Source: Candidatus Obscuribacterales bacterium
GTDB lineage: Bacteria; Cyanobacteriota; Vampirovibrionia; Obscuribacterales; Obscuribacteraceae
DNA length: 64,000 nucleotides
Direction of reading: 5' to 3'
Assembly: GCA_965228855.1 (NCBI GenBank)
Contig: CBDDIJ010000002.1
Coordinates: 320,001-384,000 of the forward strand
This document shows, in pieces, positions 50,983-61,841 of the stretch. The translations under genes and the position numbers were made by a program. Every line of letters begins with the position of its first letter. The first letter of the stretch is position 1. The notes under the pieces were generated by a model, which was given only the letters and a program-made list of their open reading frames with translations, was not told where the DNA came from and did not search any database.

Positions 50983-52212
50983 GTGAAAAACGCAAAGAGA
51001 TTCTCAACCGTTTCGGCGGGCAGTTTTCTGACCCTGGGTTTTCTTCTGATGATTTTCCAGATGGCTGCACCCGCAACCGCTCTGGCAGCAGGTTCGACAA
51101 CGGACCTTAGCGAGATGGACCTCGCTGAGCTGGTGGAGGAAAACGACCGCGCCTACGACGAGATCTGGTCACTGGTGGAAGCCAACTTTCTCTATCGAGA
51201 ACGGCTTCAGAACTGGAATTTGTGGCGGCACAAGTTCGATCACAAAATGAAAAATCGCGCCGAAGCCGAGAAAGCGATTAACTCAATGATCGAATCTCTC
51301 AAAGATGAATACACATTTTTCCGAGACGAGCCCACGACTGAAGAGCGCAAGAATCTGCGCCAGAAGACGAAAGTAGTCGATTACAAAATGCTCGAGGGTC
51401 AAATAGGCTACGTCCACATCAGTACGTTTAACTCAATGTTCTGCGTGCCTGAAACACGGAATGCGCTGATTGAGTTAAATCAGGCCCACGGCTTGATCAT
51501 CGACTTGCGCGATAACTGGGGCGGTTCCATTACGACCACATTCGATGTCTTTTCTCTGCTGACCGGCAGCGGAAAGTTCGTCAGCATGAAAGGCACCACA
51601 GATGATGCCGAATATACGGAGGAGATGACTTTATCGGAGAATTCCGCGATTACGAATACGGACGGAATTGAAACTTCAAGCGTCCGAGAATTCAATTTGA
51701 CCGCCGGGAAACCGCTTGTAGTGCTCGTAAACGAGACCACAAAATCCGCGGCGGAGATGCTGGCAGGGGCACTCAGGGATAATGGCAGAGCATTAGTGCT
51801 TGGCAGTCGCACCTTCGGAAAAGGCATCGTGCAAAGAGTTTGGGAGTTCCCAAACAATACGTCCATCAAGATTTCCTCGGCTCGCTACTATTTGCCGAAC
51901 GGCGAATACGTTCATCGAGTGGGTTTAACTCCCGATTTGATCGTCCCCAACGACGGTACTTTGAAACGAAAAGGCGTGGAAAAACAGCGCAACAGTGAGG
52001 CACCGCCCGTCGATGCCTGCATGAGTTTACTGCGAAAAAAATGCGGCGGGAAACGAACATATTCCATGGTGATGCAGTTGCAGATGGACAAAATCGCGCA
52101 TGAACAGAGCGCCTCAGCGTCCGTTGACACAGGTTTCGCTAACGGCGATCGTCAACTCAGCGAAGCGCAGGTAGTACTGCGCAGAAAGTTAGTATCGCTA
52201 GCGAAGCCTTGA
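50983..52212 (+). CDS. S41 (CtpA-like) peptidase lacking PDZ
   Basis: Signal peptide; IGYVHISTF, DLRDNWGG, TKSAAE, GSRTFGKG, GLTPD. Confidence 0.85.
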   Translation: MKNAKRFSTVSAGSFLTLGFLLMIFQMAAPATALAAGSTTDLSEMDLAELVEENDRAYDEIWSLVEANFLYRERLQNWNLWRHKFDHKMKNRAEAEKAINSMIESLKDEYTFFRDEPTTEERKNLRQKTKVVDYKMLEGQIGYVHISTFNSMFCVPETRNALIELNQAHGLIIDLRDNWGGSITTTFDVFSLLTGSGKFVSMKGTTDDAEYTEEMTLSENSAITNTDGIETSSVREFNLTAGKPLVVLVNETTKSAAEMLAGALRDNGRALVLGSRTFGKGIVQRVWEFPNNTSIKISSARYYLPNGEYVHRVGLTPDLIVPNDGTLKRKGVEKQRNSEAPPVDACMSLLRKKCGGKRTYSMVMQLQMDKIAHEQSASASVDTGFANGDRQLSEAQVVLRRKLVSLAKP

Positions 52213-52573
52213 ACCGAGCCCCCCACCGACACCACATGACAATTCCAAATTTCTCGCATACCAATAAGCGCGAACGGTTTGTTCCTGGGGGCTAAAAGCG
52301 ATCGTTCGCAAGGCCCGACGCAGGAGGCGCACCTTAGTGTGAACTAGAAATTAGATCTCAAGATAGATGTACCGAGTTGTCATTGTTGTTTGGCTATCAA
52401 GACTTCTAATATCATTCGGCGTTTCTTTTACACGGACCATTTGAAAGCTCTAGAACTCGAATTCTAAGCTGTGCAGCTTTTGTAGGACTCTGACTCGTGC
52501 TCTTGAGCATGCGAAATCTCACGCGTTCAGCCAAACGCCGCGAGCACGATCTGTCCGCAGCCCCTGGGTTCAA

Positions 52574-53122
52574 ATGAAAATCATGGCATTAGCGCTGGCT
52601 GGTCTGGCGGTTCTTGCGGCGGTGTTCCTCTTCGGCATCAACCATATCGTCGACCTCAGCAACCCGCCTCTCGCGATCGTCGGCACCACTGGTAGTGTCG
52701 TCGCGGATCCCGATGACCTGAAAGTCATCATTCCCGACGGCACTGAGATGTCTTTCGACGAATTCAAACAGAAGGCGCCGGACGTCGCGAAACTGTTGAC
52801 ACCGCTCAACCCGACCAAGATTCGGCGAGACGGCGATCTGTTCACGCTCACCGGTACTCCGACGACGATCGCAAAACAAGGCGTCACCGTGTACATAGCC
52901 GGGAAGGTCTCGTCCGAGGTCACGAGGTCCGGCAATGTGATTACGCTCAAGAAAATCGACGGAATCGACGTCGACACAGGCATCGGCAGGGCGAAACTGC
53001 GAGAAGCGGTTATCACACCGGGTGCGAACAACACGGCGACAATCGACGGGAAACTTGAGCTCAGCCGCTGGCTGCCCTGGATCTCGTTCTCCGTCACCGT
53101 CGACACGACCCAGACACCCTGA
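52574..53122 (+). CDS. secreted or anchored beta-rich hypothetical protein
   Basis: Hydrophobic N-terminus; 182 aa. Confidence 0.6.
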   Translation: MKIMALALAGLAVLAAVFLFGINHIVDLSNPPLAIVGTTGSVVADPDDLKVIIPDGTEMSFDEFKQKAPDVAKLLTPLNPTKIRRDGDLFTLTGTPTTIAKQGVTVYIAGKVSSEVTRSGNVITLKKIDGIDVDTGIGRAKLREAVITPGANNTATIDGKLELSRWLPWISFSVTVDTTQTP

Positions 53123-53259
53123 CGGCAACAGCCGTTTCCCGAGTGTCCCTGAACAAGCATCTTTTACCCGCGTGAACGCTGTCGACTCGATTGCCATCGC
53201 TGCTTGCAGTGAGCAATCGACTCGGCTGTCGCCGCGCACAACTTTCGAAGGACGGAATC

Positions 53260-53859
53260 ATGCGCCATCTAGGCATCATGGGCGGAACCTTCAACCCGCC
53301 GCACAACCTCCACTTGCTGGTCGCGCAGCTCGCTGCCGAACAGTTCGACATGGAGAAAGTTTTGTTCGTCCCTTCGGGACAACCGCCTCACAAGAAGGCG
53401 GATCTGCTTCCCAAGGAAGTCAGGTTCGAACTGACCGCCGCTGCCGTTCAAGGCAACGAGATGTTCGAAGCATCGCGCATCGAAGTCGATCGCCCGGGAG
53501 TCACCTGGTCGATTGACACTCTGCGCGCATTGAGCCGGATTCACGGTCCGGATGTCCGTTTGAATTTCATAATCGGCGATGACAATCTTCCGGTCATCCG
53601 GGATTACGAAAAGCGTGATGAACTCTTGAGCTTGGCTCGACTGGTCGTCTGCCCCCGCAAGCGCGTCGGCAACAAGGCGAACATTCGCAGCTGGCGCAAG
53701 GTCATTCCGAACGCCGATATGGTCTTCGTCGATTGCCCGCAGTTTCCTTTCTCCAGCACGCTGGTTCGCGACTGGCTGGCGCAGGGGCGTGACGTTCGAT
53801 ACCTGGTCCCCGAGCCGGTTCTCGACATCATCAAGACGCGCGGCTATTTCACGAAGTAG
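53260..53859 (+). CDS. nadD: nicotinate-nucleotide adenylyltransferase
   Basis: GIMGGTFNPPHNLH, PPHK, WSIDTL, FIIGDD, SSTLVR, YLVP. Confidence 0.85.
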   Translation: MRHLGIMGGTFNPPHNLHLLVAQLAAEQFDMEKVLFVPSGQPPHKKADLLPKEVRFELTAAAVQGNEMFEASRIEVDRPGVTWSIDTLRALSRIHGPDVRLNFIIGDDNLPVIRDYEKRDELLSLARLVVCPRKRVGNKANIRSWRKVIPNADMVFVDCPQFPFSSTLVRDWLAQGRDVRYLVPEPVLDIIKTRGYFTK

Positions 53860-53943
53860 CGACTTATATCTTTGGCGGCGGCGGCGTCTTTGACAGGACG
53901 CCCGCCTCCGAGTACAAACGGTGTAGAAACACCTGGGAAATAT

Positions 53944-54900
53944 ATGCGACGAAAAATTCTCAGCACACTTTTACGCATCGCCACGGCGCCGTATACCCTC
54001 ATGCCGGGGCGGTCCTGGAAAGGTGCTTTGCCGCAGCTCTCTGCGCAACAGACGTCGCTGTCTCAACTGATACGGCGACATGTTCACGAGCTGTCGGTAG
54101 TCATCGGCGAGCGCCACATCGGACGCCCCGACGCACTGACGAAAACGGTTGATTATATCCTCGCCGATTTGTTCGACTCTGGATACGAGCCCAAGCTGCA
54201 CGACTTCCCGCTTGAGGGCACAACGCAGCAGAACGTCGAAGCAGTCTTGCCAGGCAAAAGCAAACGCGTGCTCGTCATAGGCGCTCACTACGACTCGGTT
54301 CCGGGCTCTGCAGGCGCCGACGACAACGCCTCTGGCGTGGCAGCTGTTCTTGCACTAGCCCGTCTCTTGCGAGACTACGAGCCGAACGACACGATTCGTT
54401 TCGTTCTCTTCGCAAATGAAGAACACGTTGGTTTGCCGGCAGAAACCATGGGCAGCTACCACTACGCCAGGATGTGCAGTGAAAGCGGAGACCAGGTTCG
54501 CATGCTGGTTATGGAGATGCTCGGCTTTTTCAAAGACGAAGAAGACACGCAGCATTACCCGCCACCGCTCAATCTTGTCTATCCGACCAAGGGCAACTTT
54601 GTCGGTTTCGTCGGCAACTGGAAGTCGCGCTCGCTCGTTCACGACTGCATCCGCGCGTTCCGCAAAACCGCAAAATTTCCGTCGGACGGCGTCGCGGCAC
54701 CGGACAAGCTGAAAGACATCGGTCGCTCCGATCACTGGGGCTTCTGGCAGTTTGGCTATCCGGCGATCATGATCACGGACACCGCGAATTTCAGAAACCC
54801 CCACTATCACACCGAACACGACACCCCCGAAACACTCAACTATGAATCAATGAGTCGCGTCGTGAGCGGTTTGGCAACAATGGTGCGCACCATCGCCTGA
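53944..54900 (+). CDS. M28-family peptidase
   Basis: GAHYDS, GADDNASG, FANEE, RSDHWGF, YHTEHD. Confidence 0.85.
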   Translation: MRRKILSTLLRIATAPYTLMPGRSWKGALPQLSAQQTSLSQLIRRHVHELSVVIGERHIGRPDALTKTVDYILADLFDSGYEPKLHDFPLEGTTQQNVEAVLPGKSKRVLVIGAHYDSVPGSAGADDNASGVAAVLALARLLRDYEPNDTIRFVLFANEEHVGLPAETMGSYHYARMCSESGDQVRMLVMEMLGFFKDEEDTQHYPPPLNLVYPTKGNFVGFVGNWKSRSLVHDCIRAFRKTAKFPSDGVAAPDKLKDIGRSDHWGFWQFGYPAIMITDTANFRNPHYHTEHDTPETLNYESMSRVVSGLATMVRTIA

Positions 54901-54903
54901 CCC

Positions 54904-54934
54904 GAAACCTGGAAGGTCCCACCTTCCAGGTTTC
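54904..54934 (+). terminator. intrinsic terminator
   Basis: GAAACCTGGAAGGT/ACCTTCCAGGTTTC perfect 14-bp stem. Confidence 0.7.
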
Positions 54935-54948
54935 ACCGCCAAGCTCGC

Positions 54949-55381
54949 CTACTATATTCCGGCGTATTCACATTTCCCGGAGAATGATTGACCAGTGGAG
55001 GTTTGCGGCGTTCATCCTTCCAAACCAGTGTGCATTCTTGCCAGTTTGTCTACGCCTCATTGCCGGATTTCGAGAAAAGCGGCAATGGCTCGTAGCCACC
55101 GCTCACTACTATATTCCGGCGTATACGCCTTTTTCGGACAACCCTCTCCCCTTGGAGCTTTCGGGCATCACCCATCCGGATCGGAGTCAATTTTTGCAGG
55201 CTTGTCTACGCCTCATTGCCGGATTTCGCGAAAAGCGGCAATGGCTCGTAGACAGAGCCCAGCCAAAAGCTGGTCATAAAACCTGAAAGCCCGCTCGGTG
55301 CTTAAACCACCTTTGATATGATCTAGTAGTAGTCCTGAAAGCCAGACCGGTGCTTAAACCGCCTTTAAAACGATCTAGTAG
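54949..55381. repeat. duplicated composite element: boxes 54949 and 55106, palindromes 55048-55097 and 55204-55253, duplicated right end (55282-55329, 55334-55381)
   Basis: 157-bp tandem unit starting at CTACTATATTCCGGCGTAT; 52-bp tandem unit ending GATCTAGTAG. Confidence 0.9.
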
Positions 55382-55456
55382 ACAAGCTTTCGAAAGAAGC
55401 CCTCGTTGCGGAGACGAGGGCTTCGGGAAGAGGCGGATTGGATTGGGTTGGATGAT

Positions 55457-56125
55457 TTATTCGCCGCAGGTTCCGGGCGCTCTGAGGGCGCGACCGTTTG
55501 CGAGATCTTTCGGCATCGGGAACTTCGACCACTTGCCGTCGCTTCGCATTCCGTAGACCTGTCCATCTTCAGCCTGGACATAAATGCGCTGACCGCCAGG
55601 TACGCGGTCGCCGATGATTACGTCCCCGGGCTGACTTTCACTAACTGGTTTCTGTTCGAAACCGGAATTTTTCATGTCTTGCTCGAGTCCACGAATGCTG
55701 GCGTTATCGAGGTGGGTGTAACCGGACTGTTGAAGCAGGACGGAGACCGATGCAGCCGCGCCAAGCTTCCCATCCTGAGTGATGTCGGCGTGCTTGCTGT
55801 CTCTCCAGAGGTCTTTTCCAAGACCGGCGTCAGCGCTATCTAACATTGCCTCCTGCGAATCGCTCAGCATCGGGCTGTCTGAAACTTGTTCTGCCGATTT
55901 GTTAGTGCTGTCGCTAAACTGATTGAGGCTATCAACTTTAGAGTTTTTCCAGTCAGACGTATCAATTTGGGGAAGATTGTTGGCGGCGCTTGAGTCGCTT
56001 GACGGAGGCACGATCTGAATCGGAGCAGACTCTGGAGGACCAGCAGGTATGTACTGATTAAGACTCGAATGTACTTCTTCGTGCGGTGCGGGTTTTACAG
56101 CGACGCCGTCATTAATGTCTGCCAT
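55457..56125 (-). CDS. hypothetical protein; C-terminus resembles an inactivated NlpC/P60-like domain
   Basis: LGAAASVSVLLQQSG...QPGDVIIG; start chosen at MADIND. Confidence 0.5.
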   Translation of the reverse strand: MADINDGVAVKPAPHEEVHSSLNQYIPAGPPESAPIQIVPPSSDSSAANNLPQIDTSDWKNSKVDSLNQFSDSTNKSAEQVSDSPMLSDSQEAMLDSADAGLGKDLWRDSKHADITQDGKLGAAASVSVLLQQSGYTHLDNASIRGLEQDMKNSGFEQKPVSESQPGDVIIGDRVPGGQRIYVQAEDGQVYGMRSDGKWSKFPMPKDLANGRALRAPGTCGE

Positions 56126-56417
56126 GAGAAACTTCCTCTTATATACGTGGGAGGGGGGTAGAGTGCGAGCTTGAACACCATAACTTTCCATCGTGACTTC
56201 TGCGTGACGGCCTTCACTGACGTACGCGGTCACATCAGAACAGCAAACCACTCCCGTGACCTGAACAATTCACTCTAATAGGCAAAAAACGGTTATTATT
56301 ACCGCGTCGTCTCCACGAACTTGAGCCGGACTGCTAAAGTTTTCCCGTCCGCAACGTCAAAAAATCAATTTAAGTCGTTAGTCAGCATACGTTCACAAGC
56401 CCTCACCTCACAGAACG

Positions 56418-59400
56418 ATGTATCACCTGGTCGACAAACTCGTTAACGGCGCACTCAAGGGGCGCTACTTGACACTGATTGCAACGCTGATCATTATCAT
56501 CGCTGGTGTCGTGGCGTTGAAACGTTTACCGCTTGAAGCATACCCGGAACTCTCAAATCCTCAGGTCCGAATAATCACTTTGTATCCCGGCAAGGGTCCG
56601 GAGGAAGTCGAAAAGCTGGTAACCATTCCGCTGGAAAAAGAACTCTACGGAATTCCTGCGGAAACAGACCTGCGCTCGCTATCGCTGTACGCCCTTTCGG
56701 TGATTACCGTGACTTTTGCGGATGGCACGGACACAACGCTGGCTCGACAGCGAGTTCTGGAACGAATCACCCAAGCCGATATCCCGCACGATGCGGAACC
56801 CGGACTGGAACCGGATGTCGGTTCCTTGAGAGAAATTTATCGCTACTGCCTGCACAGTCACTACTACTCGCCTATGGGTCTGCGCTCAATCGAGCAGTGG
56901 GACCTGGAGAAGATTGTTCGCCAGGTTCCCGGAGTAATCGGTATCGTCAGCGAAGGCGGTCCGACTAAAACATATCAAATCCAGCTAAACCCTCACCGTT
57001 TGCAGGCTTACGACGTAACCTTACAAGAAGTGTTTACCGCAATTCAAAAATCCAATGCCACTTCAGGTGGTGGCTTCATGGAACGAGACGGACAGGCAAT
57101 GATCGTCCGCCAATTAGGTTTGCTAAACGGAATCGACGATATAAAAGAGGTTGTCGTAAAGGAAAACGAGCAGGGAATCCCGATTCGAATCAAGGACGTC
57201 GCTACTATTGAGATCGCGCCAATGGTGCGTCGAGGGCAGGTCGGAAAGAACTACGAGGACGACGTTGTGGAAGGCATCGTCCTTCTTCGCAGAGGCGAGA
57301 ACGTCACCCGTGTTCTCAACGCATTCAAAGAACGAATCCCGGACTTGATTTCCAGACTACCGGAAGGCGTAACTTTCGAGACACTGTACGATCGGTCAGG
57401 TCTTGTAGATCAAACTTTGAAAACGGTTGGGAAGAACGTCGCCATCGGAATTGGGCTTGTTCTGCTGTTCCTCGTGCTTTTCCTCTTCGACATTCCGGCC
57501 GCCTTCATCACTGCAATCGTGATTCCCCTTTCAATTCTGATTGCGTTCATCTATCTGACCTTGTTCGATATTCCCGCTAATTTACTCAGCCTCGGCGCGA
57601 TCGACTTCGGAATTCTCGTCGACAGCGCAGTGGTCATGACGGAAAATATAATTCGCCGACTCTCCGAGGAAGGAAAAGATCTCAGCCCGACAGAACGCTT
57701 GATTCTACTTGGAGAATCAGCCCGGGAAGTTGCCGGTCCAATTGTATCCGGGATAGCCGTAATCATCGCGACATTCGTGCCCATTTTTACTTTCAGCGGC
57801 GTGGAAGGAAAACTGTTTCGCCCGCTCGCAATTACAATGGTCACTGCTCTGATAGGCGCAGCCATCACCGCGCTCACAGTAATTCCGGTGCTCCTCTCGT
57901 TCTGGTATGCAAAGAGACCTCCGACCGAGCGCCTGAGCCCGCTGTTGAAAGTCTCCGGTTTTCTCTATGCCCCAAGCCTGCGCTGGTCACTTCGCCACCC
58001 GATTCTGGTGATCGCTGTCGCGGTAGCGGCTTTTGCGGGTTCCGTACAAATGTTTCTCAATCTCGGTTCGGAATTTTTACCGCACCTGGAAGAGGGAAAC
58101 ATCTGGCTAAGAGCGACAGTAAAACCGGGCAGCGTAACTCTCGATGAGTCGGTCAAAATCGCGCACGAAATACGCGCGCGCGTGATCAAATATCCGGAGG
58201 TCACAACCGTTCTCTCTCAAGTCGGCGGACCGGACGACGGTACAGATCCGGCTCGCTTTGCCGATCAAGAGTTCTACATCGGACTTAAACTGCCCGAGGA
58301 GTGGCGCGAAAGGTTTCACCAGAATAAAGAATTGCTGATTGAGGATATGCGCAAGGACCTCGAACAGTTGCCCAACGTCAGCTATTACTTCACTCAATAC
58401 ATCCAAACAACACTCGACGAAGCACTCTCGGGCGTGCAGGGCTCCCTCGTGGCCAAAGTCTCCGGTCCGGATCTGGTTATGCTCGAAAAGAAGGGTCAAG
58501 AAGTCGGACGAGTGATGAATCAAACGCCAGGAATCGTTGACGTAATTGTAGATCCGCTCATTGGACAACCTCAGGTTTCAGTACAGATCGATCGAGCAAA
58601 AGCAGCGAGGTATGGTTTAAACGTTGGCGACTTGCGCGATCTCGTCGAAATCGCAGTCGGCGGAATGCCGGCAACGACGGCAATTGAAGATGAACGCCGA
58701 TACCAAGTCATCTTGCGCCTGGAACAAGCCTATCGGGACACGCCGCAAGCCCTGGAGCAGATTCTCGTGGATACGCCGTCCGGCGAACGCATCCCCCTTT
58801 CTCAGGTCGCCGAGGTTCAAGAGACAATCGGCGCAACCCAGATCTGGAGAGACGCGGGCTCTCGCCTCGCCACAATTCGAGCCAATGTAAGAGGACGAGA
58901 CCTGGCCACTGCGGTTCACGAAGCGCAAGAAAAGGTGAAAGCCTCGGTGAAATTACCATCCGGATATCGTGTCGAATGGACGGGCGAATTCCAGCGCCAG
59001 CAAGAGGCGTCTCACCAACTGGCAATAGTCGTTCCGGTGACGCTCGCCTTGATTATCATCATTCTCTATCTAGCCTGCGGTACGCTTTCAGGCGCGCTCG
59101 TCATGTTCTCCGTAGTACCGCTAGCCGCTATCGGAGCCATTCTCGCGCTGAGATTGACCGGAACATACATGTCTATTTCGGCCGGCGTCGGGTTTATCGC
59201 ACTCTTCGGTCTGGCTGTTAAGAACGGCATCTTGCTGGTTTCATTTGTCAACGAGCTACGCCACGAAGGCTTATCACTGGCAGAGGCCGTTTACCAGGGC
59301 GCAGTGACACGATTGCGTCCCGTGCTTATGACCGCAACGATAGCGACAGTCGGTTTATTACCGGCAGCATTGTCAAACGAAATCGGAGCCCAAACACAAA

Positions 59401-59519
59401 AGCCATTCGCTATCGTCATAATCGGTGGACTAATCTCGTGTACTTTTCTTACACTGTATGTGTTGCCCGCAATCTATCTGAGGTTCTCACCCAACCCGGG
59501 CAGAAAACGAAAGAGCTGA
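56418..59519 (+). CDS. CusA/CzcA-family heavy-metal RND permease
   Basis: EAYPELSNPQV, SLGAIDFGILVDSAVVMTEN, EGKLFRPLA, AVKNG, RLRPVLMTA. Confidence 0.95.
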   Translation: MYHLVDKLVNGALKGRYLTLIATLIIIIAGVVALKRLPLEAYPELSNPQVRIITLYPGKGPEEVEKLVTIPLEKELYGIPAETDLRSLSLYALSVITVTFADGTDTTLARQRVLERITQADIPHDAEPGLEPDVGSLREIYRYCLHSHYYSPMGLRSIEQWDLEKIVRQVPGVIGIVSEGGPTKTYQIQLNPHRLQAYDVTLQEVFTAIQKSNATSGGGFMERDGQAMIVRQLGLLNGIDDIKEVVVKENEQGIPIRIKDVATIEIAPMVRRGQVGKNYEDDVVEGIVLLRRGENVTRVLNAFKERIPDLISRLPEGVTFETLYDRSGLVDQTLKTVGKNVAIGIGLVLLFLVLFLFDIPAAFITAIVIPLSILIAFIYLTLFDIPANLLSLGAIDFGILVDSAVVMTENIIRRLSEEGKDLSPTERLILLGESAREVAGPIVSGIAVIIATFVPIFTFSGVEGKLFRPLAITMVTALIGAAITALTVIPVLLSFWYAKRPPTERLSPLLKVSGFLYAPSLRWSLRHPILVIAVAVAAFAGSVQMFLNLGSEFLPHLEEGNIWLRATVKPGSVTLDESVKIAHEIRARVIKYPEVTTVLSQVGGPDDGTDPARFADQEFYIGLKLPEEWRERFHQNKELLIEDMRKDLEQLPNVSYYFTQYIQTTLDEALSGVQGSLVAKVSGPDLVMLEKKGQEVGRVMNQTPGIVDVIVDPLIGQPQVSVQIDRAKAARYGLNVGDLRDLVEIAVGGMPATTAIEDERRYQVILRLEQAYRDTPQALEQILVDTPSGERIPLSQVAEVQETIGATQIWRDAGSRLATIRANVRGRDLATAVHEAQEKVKASVKLPSGYRVEWTGEFQRQQEASHQLAIVVPVTLALIIIILYLACGTLSGALVMFSVVPLAAIGAILALRLTGTYMSISAGVGFIALFGLAVKNGILLVSFVNELRHEGLSLAEAVYQGAVTRLRPVLMTATIATVGLLPAALSNEIGAQTQKPFAIVIIGGLISCTFLTLYVLPAIYLRFSPNPGRKRKS

Positions 59520-59523
59520 TGAC

Positions 59524-60783
59524 ATGTTAGAGAAGGACCATGTTACGGCAATAAAGCGAGCCAGACATCTGGCTCTGGTTTTGTTTGCTGTATTGCTGAC
59601 AGGCTGCGCCGAAAAAACGAATTCGCATGAAACGCCGAAGAATTTCATAGAGCATGGCGGCCCGCGACTACTTAAGTTATCGCCAACCCAGATTCGCGAT
59701 CTGCAGGTCACAACAGCACCGGTACTGGATAAAGTAATTCCGGATGAGATTGAACTGGTCGGTCAGATCGACGAAAACAGCACACTGTCCACCCCTGTTC
59801 TATCCCTTGTCCCCGGTCGCGTCGAAAAGGTACACGTACAGGTCGGCGATCACGTCAGACTGGGTCAGCATCTTGCTGAAATACGAAGTGATGAAGTGGC
59901 GCGCATCGAGGCGGATCTTCTGCATGAGTTTCTCACGCTTGAGGTTGACGTGGAAAGAACCAAAGTCAAACTGGAACTCGCTCAGAAAGCCAGAGATCGT
60001 CAGCAAATGCTCTTCAATGAGGGCATCGGCGCACGAGCACAATTGGAGACCGCCGAGGGCGAATATCGAATGGCGGAAGCTGAACTTAAGGCTTTCAGAG
60101 AAAAACGCAGATCCGCTATCGAAACCACACGCGAACGCTTAAAGCTCTTCGGCATTACGGCAAACGAAATAGATCGATTGCTCAGAACACGAGTTACGGA
60201 CAATTTGGTCGAAGTGACATGTCCGCGCGCTGGTGTCATAGTTCAGCGCGACGTAGACCTTGGACAGATGGTTGAAGCCACCCACGCCATGTTTACGGTT
60301 TCCGATCTATCTCAAGTGTGGGTAAACGCTCAAGCGTTTGAGAAGGATATTCACTCAATCCAGCTCGGTGAGCCAATCTACCTTACCGTGGAAAGTTATC
60401 CGGGCAGAGTTTTTAAAGGGCGCGTGGACTATATTGGTGAAACGCTAGACCAAAAAACCAGGACGCTGGCTGTCCGCGCCACGGTTCCAAATCCGGACGG
60501 CAAGCTCCATCCGCATATGTACGCTCGAGTCACTCTCAAGGTCGGCGAGCGAAAGGCATTGCTCGTGCCCGCTGCGGCGGTCAGGAAAACAGGCGAGACC
60601 TTTCTCGCATACGTAATGTCCAGACCCGGCCAGTACGAAGAGCGCAAAGTCGAAATCGGTGAAAATAAGAATCACGATATCGTCATCACACAGGGACTGA
60701 AAGCTGGCGAGACGGTCGTCGTAAAAGGAAGCCTCGAACTGAATGGGCTTGCCATAAAACAAGCGAGCGAGGCGGCGGAGTAA
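59524..60783 (+). CDS. CusB/CzcB-family RND periplasmic adaptor
   Basis: Lipobox LTGC; GRVEKVHVQVGD, SDLSQVWV, TRTLAVRA, GLKAGETVV. Confidence 0.9.
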   Translation: MLEKDHVTAIKRARHLALVLFAVLLTGCAEKTNSHETPKNFIEHGGPRLLKLSPTQIRDLQVTTAPVLDKVIPDEIELVGQIDENSTLSTPVLSLVPGRVEKVHVQVGDHVRLGQHLAEIRSDEVARIEADLLHEFLTLEVDVERTKVKLELAQKARDRQQMLFNEGIGARAQLETAEGEYRMAEAELKAFREKRRSAIETTRERLKLFGITANEIDRLLRTRVTDNLVEVTCPRAGVIVQRDVDLGQMVEATHAMFTVSDLSQVWVNAQAFEKDIHSIQLGEPIYLTVESYPGRVFKGRVDYIGETLDQKTRTLAVRATVPNPDGKLHPHMYARVTLKVGERKALLVPAAAVRKTGETFLAYVMSRPGQYEERKVEIGENKNHDIVITQGLKAGETVVVKGSLELNGLAIKQASEAAE

Positions 60784-60785
60784 GA

Positions 60786-61106
60786 ATGAAACTGGTTTCG
60801 GCGATTATTCAACCTTACATGTTCGACAAACTATCCAGAGCGTTGCGCAAACAAAAGCTCACTCGATTTACAATGTGCGCGGTCAAAAGTTACGGCGTTC
60901 CAGACGGCGAGTCTTCCATAGATTTGATGTCGGATAAAGTCCGTATCGATTTGTTCGTTCACGACGATCAGGCGATTGAGGTTTCGGAGCTCATAGCAAA
61001 AACGGTGGGAACGCACCAGGAGGGCGATGGGTTGATATTTGTCTCCGAGTTAACTCATGTTATCAACATCGACACCGGCAAATACGACTCCCAGGCGTTT
61101 TCCTGA
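60786..61106 (+). CDS. PII-like protein
   Basis: MKLVSAIIQP, KVRIDLFV, GDGLIFVS, INIDTG; short T-loop. Confidence 0.8.
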   Translation: MKLVSAIIQPYMFDKLSRALRKQKLTRFTMCAVKSYGVPDGESSIDLMSDKVRIDLFVHDDQAIEVSELIAKTVGTHQEGDGLIFVSELTHVINIDTGKYDSQAFS

Positions 61107-61168
61107 CAAAATTGAATTGGCAACCTCTAATGAGGGATAATGTCCGAGTCACCGCTCCAATCCTTACC

Positions 61169-61786
61169 ATGTCCGACCCCATTCGCATTGTCGTTATTGA
61201 AGATCATCACGTCACACTCGACGGGTTAATTCACGGATTGGCACGGGAAGCGGATTTCGAAGTCGTGGGCAGTTCCGATAATTCGGAGGATGGGTTGCGC
61301 GTCTGTGAAGAAGCACGCCCCGACGTCATTGTTTTAGACCTGCACCTTCCTGGGCGCCTGGGACCGGTCGGCATGATCAAGGAATTTCTACGCTTCCCCG
61401 ACGTGCGTCTGGTGATTTTTTCGGCGGAGAGCCGGCAAGCCTTTATCCAGGAAGTTTTAAACATGGGCGTGAGCGCCTATCTGCTCAAGTCTGAAAGAGT
61501 TTCGAAAGTGGCCGATGTGATTCGGCGCGTGCACAAAGGCGAAAAAGGGCTTGTAACCGAGGATATAACAACTGATCGCAAGAAGTTAACACCTTCGGAA
61601 CAAGAAGTGCTGCACATGCTTGGACGGGGAATGAAGTATCAGGAGATCGCCGAACAGCGCTTCACGTCGGTCGCGACCGCAAGAAAGCAATGCGAAGTTT
61701 TACTGTTGAAACTGGGATTGGAAAACCGCGAACAACTGATCGCATGGGCGGTACAAAACGGATACGGCAGCGAGGAGCTTAGCTAG
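61169..61786 (+). CDS. NarL/LuxR-family response regulator
   Basis: IEDH, VLDLHLP, YLLK, LTPSEQEVL HTH. Confidence 0.9.
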   Translation: MSDPIRIVVIEDHHVTLDGLIHGLAREADFEVVGSSDNSEDGLRVCEEARPDVIVLDLHLPGRLGPVGMIKEFLRFPDVRLVIFSAESRQAFIQEVLNMGVSAYLLKSERVSKVADVIRRVHKGEKGLVTEDITTDRKKLTPSEQEVLHMLGRGMKYQEIAEQRFTSVATARKQCEVLLLKLGLENREQLIAWAVQNGYGSEELS

Positions 61787-61841
61787 AGCGGCTTTCGTTC
61801 TGTCTAAACGGAATAAAACGGCTCCACGTTCACGAGGCATC

